In this document: positions 12,906 through 27,582 of the stretch, piece after piece
How the letters are laid out: each line of letters opens with the position of its first letter
How positions within the stretch are numbered: position 1 is the stretch's first letter
Source: Chrysomallon squamiferum
Lineage: Eukaryota > Animalia > Mollusca
NCBI GenBank assembly: GCA_012295275.1
Contig: CM022666.1
Span: 3,100,001 to 3,164,000 of the forward strand
Reading direction: 5' to 3'
Length of the DNA: 64,000 nt
Made by a program: the position numbers and the translations under genes
The notes under the pieces: model-generated
Database searches by the model: none
Seen by the model: only the letters and a program-made list of their open reading frames with translations
What the model was told of the DNA's origin: nothing

Positions 12906-13016
12906 TTTTTGTTTCGTTTAAGAATGAATCAGTCTCGTATGTTTCGTACAGGATAGAATAATACATCTCGTGTGTTTCGTTAAAGGATAGAACGGTATAT
13001 CTCGTGTGTTTCATCC
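12906..13016. repeat. ~33-34 bp tandem repeat, about 3 copies (TCTCGTGTGTTTCGTTAAAGGATAGAA...)
   Basis: TCTCGT[A/G]TGTTTC recurs three times and AGGATAGAA twice. Confidence 0.8.
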
Positions 13017-13315
13017 AGAACGTTAATAACCAAGCGACTTGTGAAATAGCGCAGTGAATCGTGTAAACAAAACTGTGTCTGGTGTTTTAATTACACTGCA
13101 GCAGAACTTCGAGGATTTTTTTTATTTAAAAAACGAAACAGTGTATTTTTAACACTGCACACAGACGAAAACAGTGTTCTGCATATTTCGTCGTAATTAT
13201 ACAGTCAAACAACAATTGTTTCTAAAAAAAATTTTGTTTTATTAAAATATATATTACGGGACGTTTAAAAATAATTACCTATAGCTGTTTATAAAATGTC
13301 TGTATAGCGACAAAC

Positions 13316-13362
<47 letters not shown>

Positions 13363-13449
13363 TGTGATACAGATGACTACTAAGTGATCGTATTTAGGTA
13401 ACTGACGTGATATCAGAAGTGCTGATTTCACGATAGGTGCGCGTGGGAC

Positions 13450-13650
13450 TTGATACGAAAACACACCCTTGTTCCCGCGTGACCTGTTCTCGGCTTTTGT
13501 TTACACACGGCTCCGCTGTTTCCGAAACACTCCGAAACTCCCCGAGTCACACGCACACGGAGTGACTGACATGTGTCAGAAATAACCGGTCGATTTGTTC
13601 TAGTTTGTTTGTTTTTGTTTGTTTACCTGCGGACAGCGGACGTAATTCAG
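13450..13650 (+). other. Candidate distal non-coding first exon of the TSR gene (5' boundary approximate)
   Basis: Strong donor CAG|GTAAGC at 13650/13651 ends a CpG-rich island (~12350-13650), after which CpG density falls sharply. Splicing to 60326 would put an in-frame TAA upstream of the ATG, so the exon would be UTR. Confidence 0.45.
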
Positions 13651-13757
13651 GTAAGCGACATATTTGATTATTAATGTTAATTATGATGCAGAAGGAATGC
13701 TACCTACCTGTATGTTGATTATAAGTAATGTCTACTGTAGATATATATTTTTTGTTT

Positions 13758-13826
<69 letters not shown>

Positions 13827-14563
13827 GTGTATATATATGTATGATATGATATATATGAGATCATATATATATTTTTTAAATTGATATTTACAGTAGTTAT
13901 ATTTCACCTGTAAATCCATGTTGATTACAGGTATGTATTTTTTTATACAGGTGAATGACACCTGTATTTTTATTACAAATAACATTTCTAATAGTTACAG
14001 TATCACCTATAGATGTTAATATTATTTATAACACTTATATTGTCATATATAGGTGTATTTGAGTATTAATATTATTTATTATATACATAAGTTATATATC
14101 TCTAAATTGATTATTCGTAGTATGTACTGTACAGGTATGTGACACCTGTGTTTATATATCTACTGTTTTAGATACTTACTGTGACACACATTAAGTTATC
14201 CATACGTACTTTGATACTTTTTGTACGTTTATTTTTATATTTATATTTATCAAAACAACACCTCGATGACTGAAATAGTATTTCATGTCTTTATTATAGC
14301 TACTTTACTGTGATGTTGATTATTAGATTTATATTTATTATATATTACAGTATAAAACAAGAAAACACGCACATATGCCTACATTAAATAAAGATTCCTG
14401 TGTATATACTTTTTATTAATATGTTTGGGATCGACATAATTATATGGATATGTCTATAAGGCATGTACATACACTGTATATAATCTGTTCATATGCGATC
14501 AAAGTAAAAAAAAAAAACCCACCCATTACAAATTGATATATAATGTGGAGGAGAGAGAGAGAG

Positions 14564-14651
<88 letters not shown>

Positions 14652-14889
14652 TGTGTTTACTTGATGGCTAAATCGTGTATGAAATATCAATGACTCAGTT
14701 TCTGTTTAATGATATTTTTGTTACAGTTTACTTGTTGATGAACAGGTTACTAGAGTGTTTATTAGAGTGCTATGTTTCACACAGTGTCAGAAAGGCTCTG
14801 ATCAATTTGGCAGATTAGTTTCAGCGTCGGAGAAGTTAGAATACCGAATTGTTAAAGTTAGTAGTCATTACATTATCATTATGCGCTCG

Positions 14890-14938
<49 letters not shown>

Positions 14939-15332
14939 ACACAAACAAACACATATTCGACCACAAACACCACACCAGACCACACACACCACACATTCAT
15001 ACATATACATACATACCAAACTGTCCTACATACATCTATATTTAGTAGGCCTACATATAAACACATGAATACATATAACGTACATACATACATACAGATA
15101 TATATTACATACATACATACATAAATAAAAACACATCATGCATAAATACGTACATTCTTTCATACATCCATACACATATAACAGCTATATACGTATATAT
15201 TGAGATATACATGTAATATATATATATATATATATACACACACATATAAAAGTATACTCACTCACGTTCAATATTTACTCTGGAAGAATAACAAACTAAT
15301 TATTTCTAAACCAGTAATCCTATTTAAAGCTA

Positions 15333-15372
<40 letters not shown>

Positions 15373-17087
15373 AAGTTAATGACGTTTTGATTTTCTTTCT
15401 CAAGCTAAAAATTCAATAAACAAATAAATATCAAGGCTAGAATAAAAAAAAAATAAAAAAAATAAAAAAATAAAAATCTTTTGAAAAAATAATTGCCACT
15501 CACGTGTATACATCACGGGTGTGCATGTTAAATTGCCATAACGCACCGTGTAAGTTATTTTGCTATGAATAACGTGTAATTATATATTGATTAGCCAGTA
15601 TATTAATACTACATCGAATAGCTGTGTACCTCAGAGAGAGAGAGAGAGAGAGAGATACGTTTGTGAGTGTGTGAGTTTGTGTGTGAGTGTGTGAGTTTGT
15701 GTGTGAGATTGTGTGCGCGTGATTTTTTTTTTTTTCTTACACATTTGATTAATTTTAATGAATTTCTAGTAAGGTGATGTATGTAACGTTTAGGCTGAAC
15801 ATTTCGTTTTTCTTTCTTTCATTTTTTTTCTTTTTGAACTTTTTTTTTTTTTTTTCTTGTTTTTTTTTAATCTGTCTTTTCTTGACTTATCCTGTTTCTT
15901 TCTGGAACCCCCCACAAAAAAAAAACCTTGTAATTTCAAAATGCCCCACTGTACACATAATTAATCTATTTGAAAAGATTTTTTTTTACCTTAAACGTAC
16001 TAATTTACACATTGCTTTGAGTACAAACAGAACACCTACACACACACATATGAAAACACAACATGCATAGATATAATGTGGATAATTACTTATCTCTTGC
16101 TCTCTTTCTCTCTCTCCACACACACACACACGCACACGCACGCACACACACAGACACGTTCTTTAGCAATCAAACCGCATTAGTCACGAATTACTTCCGT
16201 TATAAACGGATCTCGTCTTTTGGAACGATTTAACTTGATGTGTCAGGATAAATAACATCCTTGTTGTCAGCCACACAAACAAGGTGTGCTAGGATATGCT
16301 AGTAAGTGTGTGTGTAGGTGTGTACGTGTGTCATTTTATATATGCATTTGTATGTGTCTTTGTATGTGTGTGTATGTATGTATCTGCGTATGTATATATA
16401 TATATATATATATCATTTTATATATGTATCTGGATGTTATATATATATATGTTCGCGCGTACATACTTGCATGAATGTAAGTATACATATATTTATATGT
16501 GTGTACAGATATGTATATATACGTATATACACACAAACACATACTTATATATATGTTTATATATATATATATATGTTTATGTGTATATATAAATTAAGCG
16601 AAACACCTGTTCATACTTGAGAGGGTTAAAACTGATATAAAAACAGGTTTATCTGAGAACACGTGTTTGTTCAAGTTACTAACTGTACTGAACTGTACTG
16701 AACTGTTTGACAGTATACAGTGGAATACGACATATATGTGTGCGTGTGTGTATGTGTGTGTTGAGAGAAAGAAAGAGAGAGATAGAAAGAGAGCAAGAGA
16801 TAAGTAAATATCCACATTATATAAATGTATACACACATATATTCACAAACGCACATACTCACATACACACTTTAGTAAATAAAACGGGGATTCAAGGTTT
16901 AGTCTGTTTTCGTGCAAGAATCATTCATCTATCGTTCTTCGCACGCACGCACACACACACACTGACGCACGCACGCATCTACACTCACATTTGTGAATAT
17001 ATTATTACTGCTCTATATTATCCTTATCTGAAGACATAGACAGTTTGTACTGTTTGGGAAATGTATATCAATGATAAAATATTGCAG

Positions 17088-17172
17088 CTTGTGAAAGGTA
17101 CAGTACTAGTGAAATATTACTACTTGTGAAAGGTATAGCAATAATAAATTATATTACTGTTTGTGAAAGATT
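17088..17172. repeat. ~35-38 bp tandem repeat, 2.3 copies (TTGTGAAAGGTA...ATATTACT)
   Basis: TTGTGAAAG occurs three times with similar spacers. Confidence 0.7.
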
Positions 17173-17381
17173 ACGTAATGTAATGTACTTCTGTTTGTCA
17201 GAGTCATATGGAAATCTTGAATGTACTTTGATACCTCGGCTAGAAAAACGCACTGGCCATGTTTTAATGTGAATATGACCTGTCTTCTTCCTCTTCTTCT
17301 TATAATTATTTTTTTTTAATTCGTCAGTTTGTGACATCAGATAAGTACGATAGTATAAATCTTTATTTATTATACTTTATC

Positions 17382-17429
<48 letters not shown>

Positions 17430-17626
17430 TAAATACTACTACTACTATACTACTCCTACTATTACTAAATCTACTACAATTACTACTAGTAAATAAACAA
17501 AATTAAAGATAATCGTGCCATTCAACAACTGAGAAAATTTGGAATTATATTTTTAATTTGTTCTTGAAATATTTCCAACATCTGTCTTCTTTCATTCTTC
17601 ATTCTCTCTCTCTCTCTCTCTGTCTG

Positions 17627-17726
<100 letters not shown>

Positions 17727-18305
17727 CCTCTCTCCCCCCTCTCTCTCTCTCTCACACAACAACAACTAAATAAACACACGGGGGGTATTCTTTATAGTCT
17801 TGACATTTTTATTATTTAAAAGCACGTGAGGAGCGCGCGCGTTTGTGTCATTACGCGCGTGCTCTGTACGTAATTGTCACAAACCTAACAGCTAGGGAGG
17901 GGACATTATCCCTCGTATTTCTAAAGGTTATGCAGACGCCGCCTAAAGTTAGATTCGTGGATAATTACAGCAGTGTTTTATTGTTTGTCAGCTCCGATGA
18001 AACGTGACGTGTGTTTCCTCAATTATCTTGCTTTTTTGCTTACATCTCTAGCTCTTTTTTTCCCCCAGTGGTTGCTCTATTCATTTTCATAAGTCTATTA
18101 TAATAACGGCCTCCATTGTTTCGTGACAAGCATTATGTAATAAGGTTCCCAGGGAAGGATCCACGATTTCAGAAAGAGGTTGCACAGGAGGCGCCGTTGT
18201 TATGGTGATGGGTGGTATAATTTAGGGACTGGTGTGGGTATATTTTTTTTTTTTTTTTTTTAAGTGAAATTAGTTTAATTATGAAGTATTATATAAAAAT
18301 ATATA

Positions 18306-18307
<2 letters not shown>

Positions 18308-18366
<59 letters not shown>

Positions 18367-18840
18367 TTAGTAGTAGTAGTAGTGATAGATAAAGTAGTGG
18401 TAGTAGTAGCAGCAGTAGTAGTAGTAATATCAGGAAATAATAACAACAACAACAATAATAATAATAACAGTAATTATAATAATAACTAATAATAACTAAT
18501 AATAATAATAATGGTAGTAGTAGTAGTAGTAATATAAGAAGTAGTAGTAGTAGCCGCAGTAGTAGTAATAACAGGAAATAATAATAACAACAATGATAAT
18601 AATAACAACAAAAGTAATAATAATAACAGTAACAATAACAACAACAACAATAACAATAACAACAATAATAATAAGAAGTAGAAGAATAAGGATAACAAAA
18701 ACAACAACTACAACAACAACAACAACAACAATAATAACAGTAACAACAACAACAACAATAATAATAAGAAGTAGAAGAATAAGGACAACAACAACAACAA
18801 CAACAATAACAACAATAACAATAACAACAATAATAATACT
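18308..18840. repeat. Compound (AAT)n/(AGT)n/(AAC)n tract with internal block duplications
   Basis: Direct reading; AAGAAGTAGAAGAATAAGGA and CAGGAAATAATAA each occur twice. Confidence 0.95.
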
Positions 18841-19290
18841 AAAAGGAAAGAAAACTTGTCGAATGACAACCACCCTGTTAGACTCGCGTGTAAAACTCTT
18901 TAATAAAAAAAAAAAAAAAAAAACAGGCCAGTGGTGAAACATCTGCTAATAAAGCTTCTACTGAGAAACGTGCCGCTAGGAGAATTTGATAACAAATATT
19001 CGCTATGACGTGGCGGTTTGGGAGATGTGGTTAATAAATATGCTTATTACTCATTACGCGTTGGTCACGTGAGGGACAGTCGCGTGCACTTGCTTTGGTG
19101 ACCTCTGGGTCACGTCTGTCATTCCTTTTCCGTGAGACATGCAGAAAGCAGTTTATTTATTTATTTATTTATTTATTTATTTTTTTTATTTGATAGGAAT
19201 GCGATGATAGATAAGGGCGCGCCGTGTCGTATGAAATAAATTGCACATTGCGCTTGCAAACTCAAAAACCTCGTTTTCGATGATAGACAA

Positions 19291-19340
19291 CAAGTGGTTG
19301 AGCCTTGAAACGGTAGCTTTTGGGTTCGAATCTTGGAGCA
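19291..19340 (+). mobile_element. tRNA-like / SINE head remnant
   Basis: AGTGGTTGAGC (19293-19303) followed by a near-consensus B box GGTTCGAATC (19323-19332), then a T run from ~19354. No acceptor stem. Confidence 0.4.
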
Positions 19341-19347
19341 AGATTTG

Positions 19348-19388
<41 letters not shown>

Positions 19389-20656
19389 GATGGATTAATT
19401 AAATTAAATTTATTTTAATTTTAATTTTTTTTTTTTTTTTAAAGTTATTTATTCACATAATTATAACATGTTTTATTGACTATTTTAAGTTTTTCATTTA
19501 GCTGTAGGGAAACTTAACGTCGATTAAACTTTGTCGACTAAACGTGATTAAAATGAAGATAAATCCATTTCGATTTATTATTTTATTTTATTTTTTTAAA
19601 GCAAGAAAATAATAAAAATGAAAATTTCATTATTTTACATTGCGACAAAAAAAAAAAAAAAAGTTTTATTTTTTTAAATCTTATTCAAGCCTCGAAGCAA
19701 ATTTGTTAACAGAACGGATCTCGGAACCGGAAATCAAGAAATTTCAAATTTGTGACGTGTTACAGTGAATGACGGGATATTCCGGTACCGGATTAACCGT
19801 GTTAAGCGCGCGCCTGACATCACTGAAGTCTGAAAGCTTCTGTGATCGCTCCCTGTTACAGCGCCTAACAACTTTTCATTTCATCATTTCGTCTTAGCAG
19901 GTTAAAAATACTGAAGGAATATTAAATGACATATTCTGATACAATTTTCCCTGATACAGAAGCTACTGACATTTCTTTTCGTGATGCTTTACGTTAACGA
20001 CATTCCAGACTACGTTATTTTCATTTATCTATAAGCTTCGATGCGCACAAGAATCCTGGATCGAATACCAATAACCGAAACCCTAAGAGGGTTTAAAAAA
20101 TTAACATGCTGTCGAGCTAAGAATACTGAATAGGTCTTGGTTAGTTAAAACGTATATCAGGTCGAAAAAAAAACATTTCGTAGCGGGGAAATGGATGAGG
20201 ATGAAGAAGATGCTGAAACACTTCTGTTGCAAGCACACGTTTAACACGGGCAGACAGATGCGTGAAATGAAGAACTTTTAAGAGTAACTTCTGTTGCTTT
20301 ATGTGACCCGTCTATTGATTTTGCATTGTTCAGCACAGCGTAAGATCAATTTTAATCTGATTTGAAAGCGAAAGTAATGTATTTAGACTTGATCGCTTTG
20401 GACGGATTTGGCCCCTTTAAAATCCACGCCAGATCAGACAAATAAAACGAAATAAAATAAAATTTAATAAATAATAAAACATGTAAATAAATAAATAAAT
20501 AAATATATAAAAAATAATAAAACATAAAACATAGAAATAAATAAATGAATAAATAAAAAAATAAATAAATAAATAAATATATAAAAAAATAAAACAAAGA
20601 AATAAATAAAATGAATAAATAAATAGATAAATAAATATATAAATAATAATAATAAT

Positions 20657-20687
<31 letters not shown>

Positions 20688-20816
20688 GCAGCAGACTTTA
20701 ATTATTTTTCTAACACAACAATAAATATTCAATTCCTTCGAGATTATTTTCAAAACCGATGCTATAAATATTCTTTTCGTCAAAAAAAGAAGAAAAAAAA
20801 AGAAGATAATATTCAG

Positions 20817-20850
<34 letters not shown>

Positions 20851-22070
20851 CTATTTTTTTTTATTATTATTATTATATTTTTTTATGAATTAATGCGCAA
20901 ACGTCAATCAAAATTCCCACAGCGAAGTTTTGCAATTAACAAAAGATTCCAGGAGCTGAACCTGTCCATGTTACAATCATCTTGTGTCAACCTCACTTCC
21001 CACATTCACACAGCGCAGGCTTCACTTTGACAGACAGCTCATTGTTCGGAGGGGAAATGAAATAGAGTTATCCGCCCACCACGGCGCTTTTTTTTTTTTT
21101 TTTTTTTTTCGCGCGCCATCAACTTTGAGCAGACGTATTTCTCCTCTGGGATTCTCTGCAACTCTGCGGTCGAGTGAATGACACAAAACAACCATAGAGA
21201 CGAAATCAGAATATTGATAATAATAATAAATAATAATAATAATAATAATAATACAAAAAAGAAAATGTAGAAATAATGACGAGAAGATGAATCCATTGAT
21301 ACAGAGGATCACTACGGGTTTTCGTGGAAAGTCAATCGATGCTTGTATTCAAAATGATTTGTATCGTCTGTTCACGTGAAACTGACGACAGCGTGTGACG
21401 CAGTCTGTTTGTAGTCGGTCTGTGTGTGTGTGTGTGTGTGTGTGTGCAAGACTTTTTGTCCTGCTGTTGACGTAGGTAATCAGAAGCCCAGTTGTAAAGG
21501 TATCAATGCATCTCTTTTGCTTTACAAAGAGAAAACAATTTGTTTCCTAACACGATGAACTAGACCCCAACAAAAAAAAAAAAAAAAAAAAAAATAAAAA
21601 TAAAAAATAAAAATCGATCTTCACGGCAGATTGTTTTTGTTCATCGCCATAACGCTTCTGTGTTACTTTGTAAGATCGATAGTTTATTTATTTGTTCCGT
21701 TTTATTATTATTACCAAAAAAAAAAAAAAAAAAAAAAAAAAAATAAAAAAATTGCTCCAGAGCGTTCATAATGGTAATTTGCTTCATGCATAAACTGTTA
21801 TTATCTCTGTTGTATCATCGAGAAAACAAACAGCTGGTTGTAGTTCAGTGTCAAAGGTTCCTCCTCAGAAACGTCTGGATTTACAATCAATCCTTCATGA
21901 TGCGTCTATTTTTTCCCATTCCAACCAGTACCCCCCCTCAAACTGGTTTTTCCAGAGATCGCGATGTCTACCTTTTTTTTTTTTCATTGGGAAGGTGGAG
22001 AGAAAATATCCCTTACTGCTAAACTGCAAGAGTAACCCAAGCAGCAGCATCAACATCACCAAAAATTGAG

Positions 22071-22107
<37 letters not shown>

Positions 22108-22540
22108 TCACCAAAAACAATATACTTTGACACTTGATAACCGTTAATTTCACAATATGTGAATCAAACACGCTTTTACGCGACCATTCATTATCAGGCT
22201 TAGTTCAAATGTACCGACAGAGCAGTAAAGGGGCCATTATTTTTCTCCCACAGTCGCTTAGGCCACGTTTTTACTGCTTCCTCGAAACAGCCAGTTTAAT
22301 TGTCTTTGATGTATTTGTTGCAGTAAAAAAAACGCAGATTAATAAACGAATGGGTTAATGTTTTCCTAACTGCTCTTTTGAGACTTTCTTGTTCTGGGTT
22401 GTCGAAGATGCAGACGAGAAGTATAAAATTTTGCTCTTGTCCGTGTAACATATATGTAACTGTGTAAGACACAGAGAGAGACAGACAGACAGACAGAAAT
22501 GTGATTAAAAAATGCGATGAATATATCATTAAGTAAATAA

Positions 22541-22755
22541 TTTCTTCTTTATTTCTTTTTTTCTCTCTCTCTTTCCTTCTTTCTTCCTTTCTTCTTTTCT
22601 TTCTTTCCTTCTTTCTTCTTTCCTCTCTTTCCTTCATTCTTCCTTTCTTCTTTTCTCTTTCCTTCCTTATCTTCTTCCTTTCTCTCCCTTCCTTCTTTCT
22701 TCCTTTCTCTCCCTTCCTTCCTTCCTTCCTTCCTTTCTTCCTTCCTTCCTTCCTC
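22541..22755. repeat. Polypyrimidine (CTT/CCTT)n tract
   Basis: About 210 nt that are almost purely C/T. Confidence 0.92.
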
Positions 22756-23103
22756 TAATACGCTTGCTTGAATCTTACAACGAAAGGGAGCGAGTTTGTC
22801 AAGGTTGATTGAAGACAATGAAAAATGACTCCACGTTGTTAATAACTGATAAATAAAGTACACAGTAAGATAAGAAAAAGCACCAAAAATTTGCTCAATT
22901 GATTTTTTCGTCGCAACAGCTGTGAAAAAAAAAAAAAAAAATGTGTTTGACTGGCGAACTTGTGTTCACCACTTCGCTCTTTCTGTTAACCTCATTAATC
23001 CGAAGAAACAAGCTTCGAGGCGCTGCTATGTGTTATTTTGTTTTCTCTCTTGAGAATTCTGGACAATTATGTAACAAATTCGTTGTATGTATTGTCTGTG
23101 TGT

Positions 23104-23140
<37 letters not shown>

Positions 23141-23189
23141 TTTGTTTGTGAGGGAGGGAGAGGAAGAGATAGATAGACGAAGCAGAACG

Positions 23190-23525
<336 letters not shown>

Positions 23526-24222
23526 CGTGTGTATGAATGTATGTATGTATGTGTATCTGTGTAAAATTACAACACTACTGTCATACTAGATACCTATAAT
23601 GTCGTTGGATTGACCCACCATTTACCTCTTTTCTCCCCCCTCTCCCCTCTTTCTCTGTCCCTCTCTCCTACACACACCTATCCTTTTTCCCAGTCCCTGT
23701 CCAAGCCTCTCCCCTCTGGCTACTTACTCATAAGAGTTTTACCTATATACACTTTCCTGGTCGTAAAAAAAAAAAAAAGAAGAAGAAGAAAAAAAAAAGA
23801 CCTCACATTAGAAATGAATCACGGAGGAAATAAAAGTAAAATAAAAATTGTTGATTCAGTACAAATGACACTTGTAATCGTTGGTAAGGGAATTGAAAAC
23901 GACACGTGACGCTGACAACTGTAATAGACAAGTGACTCATGATGGTAATTTGTTTTCCGTGCTGAAACAAACAAGCTTGTCCATTTCACGTAAATTGTTC
24001 TCCGATTTCAACGCATGACGTTACAAATAGCTCTTGCGTTGGCGTCATTGGGTTTTTATATCTTTTTTTTCTTTTTCGTTTATTTTTTTTTATTTTTAAT
24101 TTTGCTTTGTTTTGTTTTCTTATTTTATTGCTGTTGTTGTTGTTGTTTTTAATTACTTTTTTTTACTATTTTTTTTTTTTTTTTTTTTTTAATTTGTTTT
24201 CCTTAATTTTTGTTTTGTTTTT

Positions 24223-24261
<39 letters not shown>

Positions 24262-24560
24262 CTTTTGCATCTTTTACAATTTTTTTTTTAATTTGTTTTG
24301 GCAGTCAGATTAATTTCACATTTTCTTTGTGGATATAAAGAAGTACAAAAGTTAATAGGATAAATACAGGATAAACAATTTTGCAAGTCTAATTTTATTA
24401 ATTTTTTTTAAAAAATTTAATTTTTTTATTTATGTGGATGGAATATTAGCCAAATGAAATTTACATGCGTGAATTAATTCGAATTGTATTTGACAAGTTG
24501 ATTAAAGACGGCTTAATTTCAAATTACAAACAAACTGGCTGGGTATATAATAATAATAAT

Positions 24561-24618
<58 letters not shown>

Positions 24619-25582
24619 TGAAACAGATATAAAATAAATATTTTAAAAAAAAGAATTTAAAAAAATCAATGAGCGCATTAAGGGGGATATACAAACTCAA
24701 ATAATAATAATAAAAAAAAAAAAAGTAAAAAAAAAAAAAATAAAAATAATAATAATGATAATAATAATAAAGATATAAATAATAAAAACACACAACATAT
24801 AGAAAAAAAAAAAAAAAAAATAAAAAAAAAAAATAATTTTAAGAGTAATGAAATGGCGAGTGTATAATGGCAATACTCCAAACATTCAGTTTAATTAGCC
24901 ATCAACTCTGCTAAAACGAATAAAAACTTTCAGAAATACGACAGAACCTGCCTTTGATTCGTCCATTCTGAATTCCAGGTAGCGACATTTAATTACCAAA
25001 TTAACCCACACATTAAAATGACTGGTCGTAACCTTCATATTGTCAAGTTTACGATTTTTTGGATTATTTTTACATTTTTTTTTTTTTTTTTTTTTTTTTT
25101 TAAGCCCTAGGGGAAAAGACATTTAATTACTTTCTTAGCCTTACAAGAAAATGGTTGATCGTAACGCTGATGTCGACAAGGTCAAGGTCAAATGCTTGAG
25201 CTCACATTGTTGGTATTTGATTACCATATTAAATCTGCAAGAAGATGGTCAAATCTCTTTTCAGATGTCGACGGTTTCGAGTTGGGCAGTTTATGATAAT
25301 CGCGGTAATGGGAATGAAATGTTTTGTCGAGGCCGCTGACAGGTTTTTGTGCTGTGAACGTCGAAAGCTTTCTGTCAGCAGTTGTCAGATGTTTGTCACG
25401 TTTCCATCTGTCAACGTAGCGAATAAATAAATAAATAAACAAACAAATACAGGTGTGTAAATACCAAGTTAACCTTTCGGTCTGTCATCGCTTTATCTTT
25501 CTGCATGACTCATCTCTCTCACCTGATTTTTTTTTTTCTCTGTTTCTCTCTCTCTCTCTCTGTCTGTCTGTCTGTCTCTCTG

Positions 25583-25689
<107 letters not shown>

Positions 25690-25738
25690 TTCTCTCTCTC
25701 TCTCTCTGTCTGTCTGTCTGTCTGTCTGTGTCTCTTTC

Positions 25739-25791
<53 letters not shown>

Positions 25792-26046
25792 ACTCTCTCT
25801 CTTCTCACAGACTAAAACATATATCTCTATCATTATAACGCTCTGTCTATATCTGTCTCTCTCTCTGTCTGTCTGTGTGTCATACATATACAAACTAATA
25901 CAGATATATACATCTACACCTGATCAGAGATACACGCACAAGTATCGTTTTCGTACATACAAACAAACAAATAAATCTTAACAACGAATACATGCAAATA
26001 TATTCATTAATACCCACACACATACACACACAAAACAAAAAAAACA

Positions 26047-26085
<39 letters not shown>

Positions 26086-26086
26086 G

Positions 26087-26132
<46 letters not shown>

Positions 26133-27325
26133 CATTACAAGAACTGATATGAATGTTTCTGGGTTAGTTTTAATTATTTAGTTTATTAAGAAGAAGAAAA
26201 TGCAATTACCGTGTTATCGATTTGTAATATAAAACATCAGTTTTCTCACACTGAAACTCACGCAGAGAAGAGAAAAACACGGTGATAAAAACGACAAGAT
26301 AATAGTGATCGAAGAAACTGCAATATTTTCTTTTTTATTTCATGGAAAATTAGTCGTTTACTTTATTAGGACAATTTTTTGCTTTCTGGATCACAAGTAC
26401 GAGTGAGATTGTCTAGTAAATGTAGACCTGTAATTTCAGATTTTAAGTTGAATTTTATTTGTATAATACAAAGTATTGTTAAGGAGGAAAACAGAAGGAG
26501 AAACATGCACACGCACACGCACACGCACACACACACGCACGCAGAAACATTGACACTAATATACACACACAACACAATACATACACAACACACACACACA
26601 GAGAAACAGAGACACTAACACACAACACAACACACAAGAAACACATACATACAGACAATTCATACACACACACCGGTCATATTATCCATCATCCAAACAA
26701 ACAAAGATCAAAACAAATCTTATTTGTAACGTAATAACAACAACAACAACATTACGAAGTTACACTCGGGAACGAAATTTGTACATTTCACATCTCCTTC
26801 TGCCCTGTCACTCACTGGTCAGTGGATAATTGTCCATCATCGGTCAGTGTCTGCGGGTCATTTCGAAGCAAAACAGTCTACCGTAATCAGCTGGACGTTA
26901 AGACGTCGTCGTAGCCGCGGGGGGCGGGGGGGGGTCTTCGCAATTATGCTGCAGTCGTCGAGATGAGAAAGATGTTGCCGTCGTCGTTTTGTTTCTTTTT
27001 GTTGGGCTTCAGTTGACGACGAATGAACTTTCGATGCAAGCTAACGACCGTGTATAACGCTTGCCGGAAGTGAGATCGCTGGATGTTTTTATTTAATTTG
27101 TTTTTTTTTTTTTTTAAAAGAAAACGAAAGAGAGTCTTCCGGCAAGGTCACATAACTCTAGTGTTGATTAAGGTTTTTTTTTTTTTTTTTTTTAGCAAAA
27201 CAAATATGGTGTGATTGCGTTCGAGTCTGCATGTTGTTTATTTTTCCTTCTTTTTTTAATTTTATAAACTGTCTTTGTTTTTTATTTTTATTTATTTCTC
27301 TAGGCAGGTTAATTGTCTTTATTAT

Positions 27326-27366
<41 letters not shown>

Positions 27367-27417
27367 GTCTCTGTCTGTCTCTCTCTTTCTCTCTCTGTCT
27401 CTCTCTGTCTTTCTCTC

Positions 27418-27582
<165 letters not shown>

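Noticed and set aside
19291-19345. Possible functional tRNA gene
   Set aside because: A and B boxes are present, but no acceptor or anticodon stems can be formed; kept only as a SINE-like remnant.
20191-20244. Short protein-like stretch MDEDEEDAETLLLQAHV
   Set aside because: Only 17 codons, with no good splice donor or partner exon.
25375-25396. TCAGCAGTTGT, resembling the 5' half of lophotrochozoan miR-1992 as I recall it
   Set aside because: The 3' half diverges and the segment straddles two small stems rather than lying on one pre-miRNA arm.
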